The notes under the pieces were generated by a model. It made no database searches. It worked only from the letters and a program-made list of their open reading frames with translations, and had not been told where the DNA came from. Positions 24,407 through 37,211 of a stretch of 64,000 nucleotides of DNA are shown in pieces. The stretch lies in NCBI GenBank assembly GCA_965649765.1, contig OZ287749.1, forward strand, positions 49,042,001 through 49,106,000, written 5' to 3'. Each line of letters opens with the position of its first letter. Within the stretch, counting starts at the first letter, position 1. A program made the translations under genes and the position numbers. Origin of the DNA: Bispira polyomma (taxonomy: Eukaryota).

Positions 24407-27400
24407 CTATATATGATTCTTAACAAAGTCTAAATTGCTATAAAATGTCATATTCAGCCTGTCCACACCTTTAATGTCAAGTAAGGTATTATTGAAGACA
24501 TATTCCTCCAAGCAGTCATAGGCCAGGGGATGATAGTCTTTGTGAAACTTATTCACAAACAATCTGTTAGAATTCACAACCGCCTTCAAATCTCCCAAAG
24601 CAATGATACAAATTAACTTTTCAAAATATCCATGACACCTGTACTGGTCATACTTTTTACTGGTATCTATCCAGATCTTGTATCGTATGACAGATATGCC
24701 TCTCACAGGATCATGTCTAATGTTGGGTATACCTGCAGCAGTAAAATAATAATTATAACGATGAAACATCTTATGATATAGCTGCAAACATCTTAAGGTA
24801 CAGCTGCAACTTTAAATGCACTATTAACCATGTGTTAATTGTAGTTTTATTTGTATTCATTTGTATTTGTATACTCAGTGCATACATCTATCTTTATCTG
24901 GTATTCAGAGCACTAATGAACCCTTTCCTAAATGTAATATATGATTTAATTCAAAAACACAAAATCATTTGATTTGGTTTCAGTATAGAATGTTGCATTG
25001 TATACTTGGCACAGGGAGTTTCCTGTTAAAATGTCCATTACTGATTCAGATATTTGTAGATTGTGCAATACTGACTGTGAAACATTATTACACTTATTTG
25101 TGTTCTGTCAACCAGTGCAACAACTATGGAGTGATTTGAAGCATTGGTTGAAAAACTATTCCACTACTGAAGTTAATTTTGATCTAAAGCTTATTATATT
25201 GGGTAACATTAGCAATGATAGAAATAAAGTCCTTCCAATCAACCTTATTATAATAGCAACTGTATAAACTAAACTTAAACATATCTACCAAAACGAATAT
25301 TATGTATATAAAGAAAAAGGAAGGGAAGGCACATTTAAAGAAATTTGGTCAAACACAAAATTGCTCTTTTATGTAAATATATAGAAAATGTATAATTGTG
25401 TTAGTATTGTTATGTAATTAAGTGTATTTCCTTATTTAGTCTTGTTTTAATTGTAAAGTAGTTTAACTATCTATCTATTTATTTGTTTTTCTCTATTTTC
25501 TTTATCTACTGAGCCATGCATGTACGAACATTTATATGTATATTTCTATTTCTGTACTTGTTATTATATAATAAAAAATAAAAAATGTAACAGTCAACTG
25601 CATCAGTTACTGTCATTCCCCCAACTGAAGAGAGGCTTGAGGATTACCATTTATCAACGTCCCAAGAATCTTTAGCCTGCCACTTGGAATGAGACCCAAT
25701 GACAGAGGACCACCATATTAAGTGGTCATCCGAGCCAGGTAAATGCGTGCACAGATCTTTCTAAAAGATGTTATTCCACCAATGAAACTAGCAACAGGTA
25801 CCGAGAGTAGAACCTGGGACGTTCTGATCATTAGACCAACTCCCTAACCACTAGATCATGGGAGGCGCTTCACCTTGGTGTTCCTACGCCTCCAGTGGTG
25901 GTACATTTCCCCTACATCCTAGGTTTGTCATAGGATATTTCTCCTTTCACTAACCTGTGTAAGCCCCTGGAGCACCAAACTGAGGGGTAAAGTGAAGAGG
26001 CTGAAACAATTGCTCATCAGCATATGGCGTGTCTTTGACATACTCAATTAAATCTTGGGCCACTTGACTGTGTAACAAGAACTCCACAAACTTCCTTGTT
26101 ACTGCCACATGGACAGAACCTATGACAATAATCATCATATTTAGACAATCTACAGTGAGTGCCTCAAACATAGTTTGAATCACAAAACTGTGTTAATGGC
26201 TGTGTATTGACAGCAATGAATCAAATATGTCTAATATCTAACATATTACGTTATTATTTTTGCATACCTTTTGCCCAGTTAATATTGTAAGCAAATGGGT
26301 GTTTTAGGTACTTTTTCCTACTGCTTACATTAAAGCCATACTTGACTCTGGACAGTACCTGCGGAACACTGAAAATACACAAGTACTGGCTAACACAAAT
26401 TCTTAAAGCATCAGTGCAGGATCATGGTTCTGTAAGATTACTGGAATTATGGTGCCACAGGTGCAAGAGGATTTCAGAGTAGTTTAACAAAATTAAAGTT
26501 TCATGAATACATTCCAATGATGCTATGCCTGTTACCTAAAGTATCTACTTTTAATTCTCACAAAATTTACATAAATTATGTTCTTGTTGGGACAACTTTA
26601 AATCAATAAAAAGTTTATTTAGTTAAAGGCTATTCTATTTTTGTTGTATTAGTTGTAAGAAAAGCATTTCATAAAAAGTAATTTTTGTGATTGTATTAAA
26701 AAAGGTTAGTATAAACAATAAAATCGAATAATATCTAACCAATTAAACTTACTATTCATAGCTTCTTCCTTGAATGTCATTTGATCCATTGAAAGCTTTC
26801 AAAATCCTAACTACTTCTAAATTTGTTTTTATGGGGAATTCCTGACCACATGCATTAATAAAGTAATGCCAAGGTTCTGGTCGCTTCAACAGATCATTCA
26901 TGCAAATGAGTTCTGTTTCTACCACAGAAAATGTACCCCATGTAACTTTGATCAATCTGGAGGCCAGAAAGACGTTTTCAAGACACTGGGCAATGTTGTC
27001 GAATATCTGTTTAATTAAGCCAGTTCTCTTCAAATCGACATGTATGCAGTATGAATTCTGTGGCCGATAAATAGATCGCAAGAGTCTTTCTGTTTGAGAA
27101 GCATCTTTAAACATGACAATGCTGTATGCAATGGGATAGCTTTCTTCTTCTTCATTGACTGGGCGTAATAAATACTTCCTCTCTTTGAGAAAGGCATCAC
27201 AGTCCCCAGTAAGTTTGAGTAATTTATTATCTGCTTGGGAATCAGTTGATATATTAGTCTGAACCTGAATAGCTCTGGTTATTTCTAAATCATTGCCCTC
27301 AAGAATAGCTGAACAATTTGTGAGAGTTACAATTGGATGGGGGACATCTACAATGCTTGCATACTGTTTTCTTTTGTTATCACCTACTTGGTGGTCTGAA

Positions 27401-28119
27401 AATAAATAATAACCTCTGTATTAAAAAAACACCTTATAGTATTATTTTAAAGCCGTATAAGATATTGTAAAATTGGCCGACGCTGCTTTGCTGTCACGGC
27501 TACTGGTCAATGGTAGAAGCATCTTCCACAGATTGTTAGATCACAGGATACAATCACTGGATTCAGAAGCCAACTCAAAACATACCTATTCAGACTGACC
27601 TACCCCCTACCTTAGTTTCTTCCCTGGTTGGATGTTTTTCATAACAGTACCTTTGGTACCTTTTTGCCTGGCCTTGGATCTTCCTTTTTTAATATCAATG
27701 TATGCTCTCATCAATTTGGCGCTCCATATATGCTTTAATTATTAATCATATTAACAAGGCAATTCTTACAAGGATTTATGTGAAGTATGGTATGATCATA
27801 CATAAAAGATAAAACAGATATCCAATGATACCTGATGAACAACCATAAATATTTAATAACGGTTTTAGAATCAACATAAATTATTACTTTGTGTGACCTT
27901 ACCCATATTAAGTGATAAATCCATAACATTGTTATTCACCTCATTAGTATTATATGTTTGCCGAATTGTAACCATATCTGTAGAGCTGACAAAATTTTTT
28001 GTTTTATTGAATGATTGATTTAACATTTTATCCATAATGGTCCAGCTTATTAGAAGAAATAGGCCAAAAGTGATCACACGAAAGTTTTTCTTATAACTTA
28101 TATTAAAGAAAGATATCAT
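24407..28119 (-). CDS. GCNT: GT14 core-2/I-branching beta-1,6-N-acetylglucosaminyltransferase (GCNT-like), paralog 2, 483 aa, 5 coding exons
   Basis: Exons 28119-27903, 27395-26753, 26368-26268, 26119-25955 and 24732-24407; identical exon lengths and the same GT14 motifs as paralog 1, with no stops seen. Confidence 0.9.
24938..25582 (+). mobile_element. 5'-truncated L1/Tx1-type LINE 3' end, private to paralog 2 intron 4
   Basis: C-terminal zinc motif CRLCNTDCETLLHLFVFC, A-rich tail and TSD aaatgtaa (24930-24937 / 25583-25590). The empty site cctaaatgtaacagtc is in paralog 1 (~15350). Confidence 0.8.
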
Positions 28120-31100
28120 GATTTTTTATATTACAGTATTGGCAAATTTGTTAGTTTATCTCCTTTTGCCTTTTAAAAAGTATGGTAATTCGTTTTTACA
28201 AATCCTGTTATTTGTATTTGGCCAACCATGACATCATTTTATTGTTTTGGCTTTCAAACACGGTCAAATATACTGATTAAGCTGTCTTCAGTAATCTACT
28301 GCTGTGTCTGTGGATTTCATATTAATATTCCTCTTTGTGAAATATCAATAATCCTAAACAATGAAGAGTAATTTTCCTTTTTTTCTTCTTCATATATGGT
28401 CCAACATAATTTACTTTGTCATATTTGTTGCTATTATTATCATTTTATCAAACCTTAAACAATAGCTTAAGTAATTTATTGCTGTTATGCTGTTATTGCC
28501 GTTATAAATAATTCAGTTGTGTTAAAATATGATGAAATTGATAATGTGAATTTTTTTTTAAATAAATTTTATTTATGTTTCACACTATAGTTTTTAACAA
28601 AAAACCATATATGCATTTATAGGCGTTAAAAAAATCCAAGCCAGTATATCGGTGAAAAAAGCATCAATCTTATATTTTAAGAAAAGATGGGCTTCAGCAA
28701 AGTAAATGTGCCATATGGCTCCCCATCCATCATCAACCACATTAATACTAAACTCTAAGCTATTTTATGCAGATGGTTCTCAAACTCATTTCTGTCATTT
28801 ACGACACTTTCTCATCTTTCAGGTTGACAAATAGCTTTATACCAACTCTATTAGTCACACTTGCTTTTTCCTTCAGGTAATTAAATCATTAATATTAGCT
28901 CGATGCTAGCTGAGGGGAAAGGTATTAATGGTAATTATTGATAACATTAAATATTTAATTATTTGAATTATAAAACCTCTGTAGGCATTAACTCAACTAA
29001 ATCACAAAAACCTATTGCACAATAAATTTTTCACATACTCAGTTTAAGCAGAAATCTTTGCCCCAGTAACCATTTGGAACCCATATTACACTATATTGTA
29101 TTCCATGTACTACTCAGTATCTCCATACCTTCTGTGATTCTAATAGCTAAACTATCTGATCTGACCTAGTATAGTCAGCCAGTACCAGGAACTGGCATTC
29201 TCTGGACTAAAAGCAGAGCATGGCCATTTTATCAACGTTCTCAAGGTTTATTAACACTAGGGATAGTACCCAATGACATATCTGCCTGTTTCTGTCAATG
29301 CCAGTCTGGAATAGAAACCACGTGACATGACATGCATTCTCCACTCTGGTGACAATGTGATCTGCACTTTTAATCAAAGGGGTATTTGATGTGACACCTG
29401 TGCATATCAATACTCAAAACCAGCGTACTTGTTTTACATGATTAAATAAGTTTTTAGAGGTGTTTTTAGAGGTGTTTTCTTAGGTGAAGAATCAGAGCTT
29501 GAAATTTTTAAACAGGTTTGATAAGATAATCAAGTGCCTTCAATTCGGCTTAAAATTGTCAGAATAACTAAATTGTATCACCAAGACGTTCCTTTTAAAA
29601 AGTAAACTATCAATATCTAGATGTCTGGCTCATCATGACAGAGATTTATGTACCAATATAAGAGGACATCGTATAAGAGGACATTATTAAACCTAAGCCT
29701 TTCGTCTTAAATACTTAAAACTGCTATAACTTAATATTAAAAACACATTTAACTTAAAGCTAATCTTTTTCAATTTAGCTAGCATTGAGACCAAATCCTA
29801 ACTAAAACTATTAGCTACAAGCTTGAGCTAACAACATTTGTAAATAGAATATCCCAGAAGCTTAATTATTTTTTCCAATGCAGTTTAAGAGGAGAGTAAA
29901 ATTAGGTGTTCACTTCATCTGAACCCTTTAATGTAGTAAATGTACATTATAAAGATTCTAATAAGAGAAATAATTTGACATGTATGCCATTTCCTGATTA
30001 TTATTTGCTCTTGCAGTATTTCTTTTTCTTCTAACCAAATAATGTAATCTGTAAAGAGGTTTTCTTCCCAAGTTCATATTTATAAAATAAAGAAATACTA
30101 TAAAAACGTTGTTAACAGTGTTTTGCAATTCTAGTTGTTACATTGTCAACTTGTAGTACTAGTCAGCTGAATTATTTTATTAGATTGTTGGATTAAACAG
30201 TACTTTTACTGTATGCAAAGTCTGTGTTTACCATTTATCAGAGACATATGCTGTTCTGAAAGCTGTTTTTCTAACGCATTCTTGTTTCTTCTGACAGAAG
30301 TGGTTCCCTTCTCTATTTAATTTGTATATGTATTCATGGAGTGGAGACATTTGTCTTGGTAATCCTGTATAATTCTCCAATGACATTAAGTATACTGCTG
30401 CTCGCTGTAATTTACATTGACTAATTCATGAACAGGTGACAACTGTTTTGGTGACATTTTACTGACTTTCCTCTGTTATTCCTCACAAAATCATTCTGAT
30501 CTAAAACAAGAACATTTTGTATAGGAGGTTGGAATGTAGGCATAAGTGATGTTTAAGTAAAATGGTATGGTTGAGGGGGTTATGTTAAATGTTATAGTAA
30601 ATCTATGGTGTCCACAATAAGCAAGCCTTTCCTGTTTTACATCCCTTGAACAAAAATACTCTGACCTTCACATCACATACACTTAATTGTTATCACTGCC
30701 CTTTATTTATGGTGATTAACCACCTTTTTTTCCTTTTTTTCATGAACACACTTATTATGCCAAATGGATGAATGTCCACCCAGCAGGACGGTGTTTTCAA
30801 CTCAGCTGTATCAGGTCACCACCAAAGTTAAGTGCACCATTGGGAGACCATCCAATACTGACAATTGAGTCAGATGCTTGTGCACAGCCAAACTCCTGGC
30901 CCCAAGGTTATCAATACACATGTTCCCTGGATAAAGAAATCTTCATAGGATTAATGGCATGTAATGGAGATAGCTAAATAGCGTACAAGTGCAAGAGTGC
31001 AAGCTTTGACTTACCCCTACTGAATACCGTGCCAAACCAATAGTGGTCATTTAGCAAAGAATAATGCAGTCCACCAATGCATAAGTTAGGAGAAGACAGA

Positions 31101-31454
31101 AAAAATGAATTTTTAGAACCCCATATAGCAACGAAATATACTACATTACTCAAAAAACTTTATGCAACTATAATTGAGCCCTTAAACTCATAACTAAGCC
31201 GAAGGGTTGTCTCCAAATAAGAGTAGCTAGCAGTACTCTAACAAGCTATCCACTAAAATGTATATAATATGGTGAAAAAATGTGCCCTCACATATTTCAT
31301 ATTGATCTGATGCCCAATTTAAAAATAAATGGAATTGTAAAGCGCATAGCTAAAATTATTCAGTCCACCACCAATCATATTAATTGCTTACCTTTCAACG
31401 TGCGCCACCTACCTCCTGTACCGTGACTTGTGAACATAAGAAACTAGTTAAGTA

Positions 31455-31807
31455 ATCCTAATCTCAACTAATTACACTCTTAGCTAGCAGTTAGTTCATT
31501 TACATGTTTACTTTTATGGCTGCAATTTCATTCTAGCTAAACCATACCTCAACTTATTACACTTTTAGCTAGCAGTTAGTTAATTGACATGCTAACTTTC
31601 ATGGCTGCGATGCCATTTTAACTCAATTTATTAAACTCTTAGCCAGCAGTTAGTGTATTTACATGCTTACCTTTATGGCTAAGATGCCATTCTAGCTAAA
31701 CCATACCTCAACTTATTACACTCTTAGCTGGCAGTTAGTTAATTTACTTGCTTAATTTTGGGGTGGCGAAGCCATTCTAGCTAAACCTTACCTTAATTAA
31801 TTACACT
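31455..31807. repeat. Degenerate ~80-bp minisatellite, about 4 copies
   Basis: Recurring ctcaact.attacactcttagctagcagttagtt.atttacatg...ccattctagctaaaccatac. Confidence 0.8.
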
Positions 31808-31986
31808 ATGTTAATTCTACGTTTATTCCAATATATTTGGGGGGATTTGGGCTCACTACTTAAAATGTCATCCTAGCTTTAGTGACAGACCATAGAGACT
31901 TAGCAGCATTTGATCATTCACATATAGCTTCCTGTTTACAGTTGATGTTTGTGGTGTATACTGTTCTATTAATATGACTACTTCAC

Positions 31987-32133
31987 GGCAACTGAAACCA
32001 CTGCAATATTCCTTCCACAGTCTAGTTCGAATTAGTGCTGCCCCTTTTACCGTCTATACAGGGCAACAGAAACCACTGCAATATTCCTTCCACAGTCTAG
32101 TTCGAATTAGTGCTGGCCCTTTTACCGTCTATA
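31987..32133. repeat. Direct tandem duplication, 75-bp period, 2 copies
   Basis: ggcaac.gaaaccactgcaatattccttccacagtctagttcgaattagtgctg...ttttaccgtctata at 31987 and 32062. Confidence 0.9.
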
Positions 32134-34667
32134 TGTCTTGTGTCAAATACATCGTGTTGAGGAGACATTCTACAAATATAAAGATATTTTTGCAAGAACC
32201 AAATTTGTAAAATTACTATTTAAACAATGGAAGATTCTTTAACCAGAAACGTTTTGTTTAAAAATACCTTTCTATGAACATTTATTTTCAGTCGGAAAGT
32301 TTTTTATGTATATGAAATTCCCCCCCCCCCACCCCCCACTGTTTTGTAGAAAATAAAACCTTAGTAAGACTGCAGGGCCAGGTTTCTGTATTGCTAAAAG
32401 CTACAATTCTCAGAACTGTGAATATTGCTTATATTTTTCTTAGTGACAGTTTTAAAATACCTTTGATTGATTGATTGATATTTATGTTGATGATAATAGT
32501 CCTCTGCTCTACTTGTACACCACCATGTGTTATGGTTGATCTCATTAACATACTGTGTATATAAAATGATTGTGTTTATTTATAAGCCTTGTGTAAGGCT
32601 ATGGAGTCCTCTGCCACTGTGTTCAGCCATATTCTTCTGATCTCTTCTGTTTTTTGTACATTATTTAAGCTTAATTGATGCCAGCTTTGCTCTAAGCATG
32701 TCCCTAGTGACACCAGCCAACTGACAGCAGAGCTCAACACAGTGTACATTATATTCTACCAAGTTTTTGCGGAAGCACATCTTTGCATTTAAGGCCATTC
32801 TTAAAACTTTAAAAACATGTACGTTTAATATGCAATTGATAAACTCATAAGACTGACATTTAATGATTGAATTTTATTGAATTTTTAATTTTGTTGATTA
32901 AATAATATTTATTAAAGATAGTGGTGGTACACTATGGAGGAGTGTATGAAGAAAGTCTTAATAAGAATATGAAGAATTTTCATCAAGGGGTTTATTTAGG
33001 GACCAAGGAAGAAACACTAAATAGACCACATGGCAACAGTGGCACTAGAAACAGGCCACTAAAATGTCAAGGATACTTAACAGGAATTCTACATCACCCT
33101 GTTCAACTCAAACTGACTGGAACAATAACTATACATACACATGTGTAATTTTAATGGGTATTACTAAATATAGTAGTGGTGATACATTAACTTAGTTCTT
33201 GTGGTAATGAATGGGTATCTGACAGTAGTCTTTTTAAAAGAAATTAACATATAAATATTTTGTAAAAATCAACTATTTTTAAAAACAAATAAAGAAAATC
33301 AGTGCTTTTGTAAAATACCCTTTATTTGACGAGATCATTTTTTTAAAAAAGCACAGTAAAATATTTTAAACATTGTTATATTAGTTTACTTTACTCTCTG
33401 TCTCATAGTTCTTTGGTTTCAAGTGAAACACATCACTATATATAACATTTTCACCATGGCTTTGTTTTCCACCGGGGCTTTGCTAAATAAGCTCTCCAGA
33501 CAATGCATGGATATATTAGTTCATTTTTTGTTCTTCTTTCTTTGGTAACAGAAGCTTTGCAGTGTAGACAAAACCCAGACAGTTTAAGAGAGATACATTG
33601 AGGGGTGCTTGATGAATATGTCACCGACTAATCTCCTAAATTGACATATAGGTAAAAGTGTCTTCTGTGTGAAAGGGTTGTGGTGATGGTGTATGGTAAA
33701 ACTATTGTATAAGACATGCTCCTGTCACAGGCAGATTAAAATAGTGTTAAAATACATTTGGCATGGTGTACATTTATCTTTGTGGAAATCTTTGTGTTTT
33801 GATGCAATAAAACATCTTTTTAGGAGGAACCCCAAAATAATACATAGAATAGCATTATTGCAATAACAAAAACGTCCAACTGCTGGTTGCAAAATTGCAA
33901 GGTTCTGGATTGTAATATTAAATACAACAGTACTCACGGTGTAACTGTCCTTTGGAATTTACATGATGTTGGATAATTAGTGTATGGTTACTGACAGAAA
34001 TAAGCAGTGATTTATAAAGCGTTGGGTTTTGTGATCAATCTATATATGGAGAATGGTATTCTATCGGGAGTACACTTACAATAAAAGTATCAACTTACAT
34101 CACCCATTTGTTACGTTAAATTAGAGGACAAGAAAGACATCAATGTCGTCAGTTAGTGATGTCTATAGCCTATTTGACCAATAAAACTTGTTGACAGGGA
34201 ATCCTTTGGATAGTCTTCTGTGGATAAAAGCTACAAACACGGAGATCCAATTTTACCTATTTTATGCCTCTTGGATTTCCACAACTACTTATATTACAGG
34301 AAAATGTACTGAATGACCTGCAATTTCTAGATAGCTCATAAAGTGAATTGTTAAGTCATTCATTTTTCAAATTCAATGACATGATAGATTTTGATTTTCT
34401 AACATTGATGGATGCGGTTGTTAAATGTGTTCCATTGTACTAGTATGACATTTGGTGCTAAATATAAACCTACCTAACTAACATCAGCTTTACCTGGTTT
34501 TAAATACAAATAGCGGTGTTATTTTTTTTAAGTAAACATGATATTCAGACAGGATATTTAGCTCTTAAGACTGTACAGCAAACATAATTTAATGTTAACC
34601 AACACAGTTAATAATAACATAAAATTATAAAAACTACTTTCCTTTACCAACACAATTTCATCAAATC

Positions 34668-35111
34668 ATGGGTTCAGTCTGTGAAAAATGTCTTAAGAAA
34701 ACTGATGATCCGGATTATCCTGAAGGAGACCGACTAACTATACGGAAACTGATCTCATCCAGTCAACAGCCACTGGTAGATCCAGGTCACCCAGAGAGGC
34801 CTACCCATGAGTATGGATCACAGGGTACAGGGGATAGTTCTTATGGATCTCACTGTGGCTCACCTATAAAACCCCAATGTCCTTCCCGGACGAATGGCTT
34901 ACTGGTTTCCCGGGAAGAGGGTGGGCCCAATGAGTATGGTAGTTGGCTAAACACAAATAAGGATATGAATAGAAGCAGGCAAGAGATTCTAGAGGGTAAA
35001 GGTGAAAGGTCAAAGTTGAGGTTGTTTAAGAAGGGCAAGTCTACAAAGTATCATCAGCCAATGGAAAATCGTGCTCCCATTAGGAAGAGTAGAAAGAAGG
35101 ACAGAAATTAA
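34668..35111 (+). CDS. Orphan 147-aa hydrophilic protein with N-terminal myristoylation/palmitoylation-type motif (MGSVCEKC)
   Basis: Uninterrupted ATG-TAA ORF, good start context (caaatcATGG), GC clearly above the AT-rich flanks and no TE motifs. No family recognised. Confidence 0.6.
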   Translation: MGSVCEKCLKKTDDPDYPEGDRLTIRKLISSSQQPLVDPGHPERPTHEYGSQGTGDSSYGSHCGSPIKPQCPSRTNGLLVSREEGGPNEYGSWLNTNKDMNRSRQEILEGKGERSKLRLFKKGKSTKYHQPMENRAPIRKSRKKDRN

Positions 35112-36231
35112 CAGAGGTCGATGCTATAAAGTTGATGCAAAGATATCAGCTGTCCGGATGATCCAGTAGTAGTTTGTATTAAATCAATGTGGTGGTCATT
35201 TTTTTCTAATATTTATGCAGAAATGTGTGAAAAAGTTATTATTGTTTATATGCATATAAGGTATATATATTTTAGGTTTATAACAGTTGGGTTATTACCA
35301 TTTTTAATGTAAACATGTATGAGTCTTTTCTAATATAAACAATAATAGTGTAGAAATATGATATATTATCAGACAAAAGAAAATATTCTAATGAAAACTT
35401 ATAAAACAAGGATTTAGTGGACATTTTTTACAGATGGTAATTTAGTGAAATCATAATTTTTGTTTAATTTCAACAGTATATATACACACCATTCATAACT
35501 GTACCAGTATTTTCTTCATCACCTTTTACTGATATAATGACTTGCTATTAAGGACCAAGAAATTATATAATTAACAGTACAATAAAAGTCTTATAAAGAT
35601 ACAGTCATATTCATATTTCTATCTCTTTGAAATGTGTGAATCATTTTCTTGAACAAAGCACACGGAATATATAGTAAAGTCACCACCAAAGAAACTAGTA
35701 AGGCAAAAGTCACAATTGCATAAACAAACAATTTAAGTAATATTACAGTCAACATTTTAAGGTTGATCTTTATTTACTGTTATTTACTGCTACCTTCCCC
35801 TTTCATATTTCAGGCTACAAAATCTAATCTAATCTAACTTTATAGCACCTATCTCTATGGTAGCGGATATTTTATAGCGTATGAGACAGGAAAATTCTTT
35901 TTCATAATTTCAAAGTTGTGCTAAATAGGTCAATTTTGAGGTGAAGTTTGAGTGGCTTAAACTTCCCTTCCATATAAAAATCTGATGTACAGGTGGGTTT
36001 TACTATTTTATTAATCTAACAATAATGAATTTGTTAATATTAAATTGTCTTGTACAACTCCTGATATCTTGTACAACTCCTGATATGGATATTTACCATA
36101 GTAGGAAGTCAATAAGCATCAAATAAATATATACTTCCCCACAATCTAAACTTCCTTTTATTTTTGTTCCAGGGCATACAGCTATATATGTTACAGGCAA
36201 ACTGTGTAATCAGGGATTTCACGCAATCGCT

Positions 36232-36482
36232 GGGGCCGCGGTGGCCTAGTGGTTAGCAAGCATTGCGCTTCACAATCACTGGTCTTTCACCTCTGTGCGG
36301 CGTGAGTTCGAATCTCGTCAATGCCTATGTGGGAAAGGTGGTAGTTCCTTACTGTGGGCCGCTGGTTTCTCTGCAGAACCTTGATCGACTATATGCAGTG
36401 TTTCCTCCAGCGTTTCCAACTACCCGTCCCAATATAACCTACTAAAAGGTACTAGAGTGGACATTAAATATCCAAATTCAAA
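36232..36482 (+). mobile_element. Full-length tRNA-derived SINE with perfect TSD
   Basis: A box ggtggcctagtgg, B box gagttcgaatc, (caaatt)n tail and TSD ttcacgcaatcgct (36218-36231 / 36483-36496). Confidence 0.9.
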
Positions 36483-36835
36483 TTCACGCAATCGCTGGAA
36501 ATTTCAGTCATTTCGGGAAATTCCTGACTCACTTAGGAAATTAGCAAAATAAGTGAAATTTACAGAGATTTCCCGAAATGGTTTCTTGGCTTAGGCATTT
36601 CTCGAATTGCCTAAATTAGTGGAATTATTAAAAAATAAAACTTTTGGATTACAAACATGAGAGGATTCTATGCGGATGAACATTTTTTAACCAGCTTTTC
36701 AATGTCTGCACACTAAAGAACCTTATATTTGTTGAGTATGTAAGCTATGTCTGGATTTTGATGAAGTACCATTGGCAGCAAGTTTTACGTCTTCAATGGT
36801 TGAAATGTACATATATCTTAGAAGCTCATACTTTT

Positions 36836-37211
36836 TAACTCCAGTCAACAAAGGCTGGGGTTATAGTCGTCCCCTGGGCCGTCCAGGCGGCGGGCATAAA
36901 ATTTGTGGTGTTCCACAGGCTAAACCCATGCATGGATTTTCATCAAATTTTCAGGATATCCTTACCCCAAGGGAATCTACAGCTGATTAGGTTTTGGGGG
37001 CATCTGGCTTTTAATATTTTCGGGTCTTAAACTTTGTGGGTGTTACACAGCCTAAAACAATGGATGGATTTTCACCAACTTTTCATGATAGGTTTGGATT
37101 CTGTATAATTCTAACTTTTAAACTTATTCCTTACATTTTACCTATTTTCAATGTTGTTGCCCATTTAGTTGTACATGTGGGCTGGGGTTCCTGCCTGCCG
37201 AGGCTGGCTAT
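36836..37211 (+). mobile_element. HINE/DINE-1-like (Helentron-associated) non-autonomous element
   Basis: 5' hairpin aactccagtc-aacaaa-ggctggggtt, short GC microsatellite, internally repeated core (cacagg/cctaaa...atggattttca), 3' repeat of ggctggggtt plus palindrome, and T-rich flanks. Confidence 0.7.

Larger units (their letters stand above)
21756..28755. repeat. Tandem segmental duplication, unit 2 (carries GCNT-like paralog 2)
   Basis: Same exon lengths and homologous introns and flanks as unit 1; differs by private TE insertions. Confidence 0.85.

Noticed and set aside
33938-34196. Solo LTR (tg...aataaa...ca)
   Set aside because: No matching TSD or second copy in the window.
36232-36320. 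tRNA gene (also 50293-50360 and 53390-53471)
   Set aside because: A/B boxes are present, but there is no cloverleaf, and the two full copies have a SINE body, tail and TSD.
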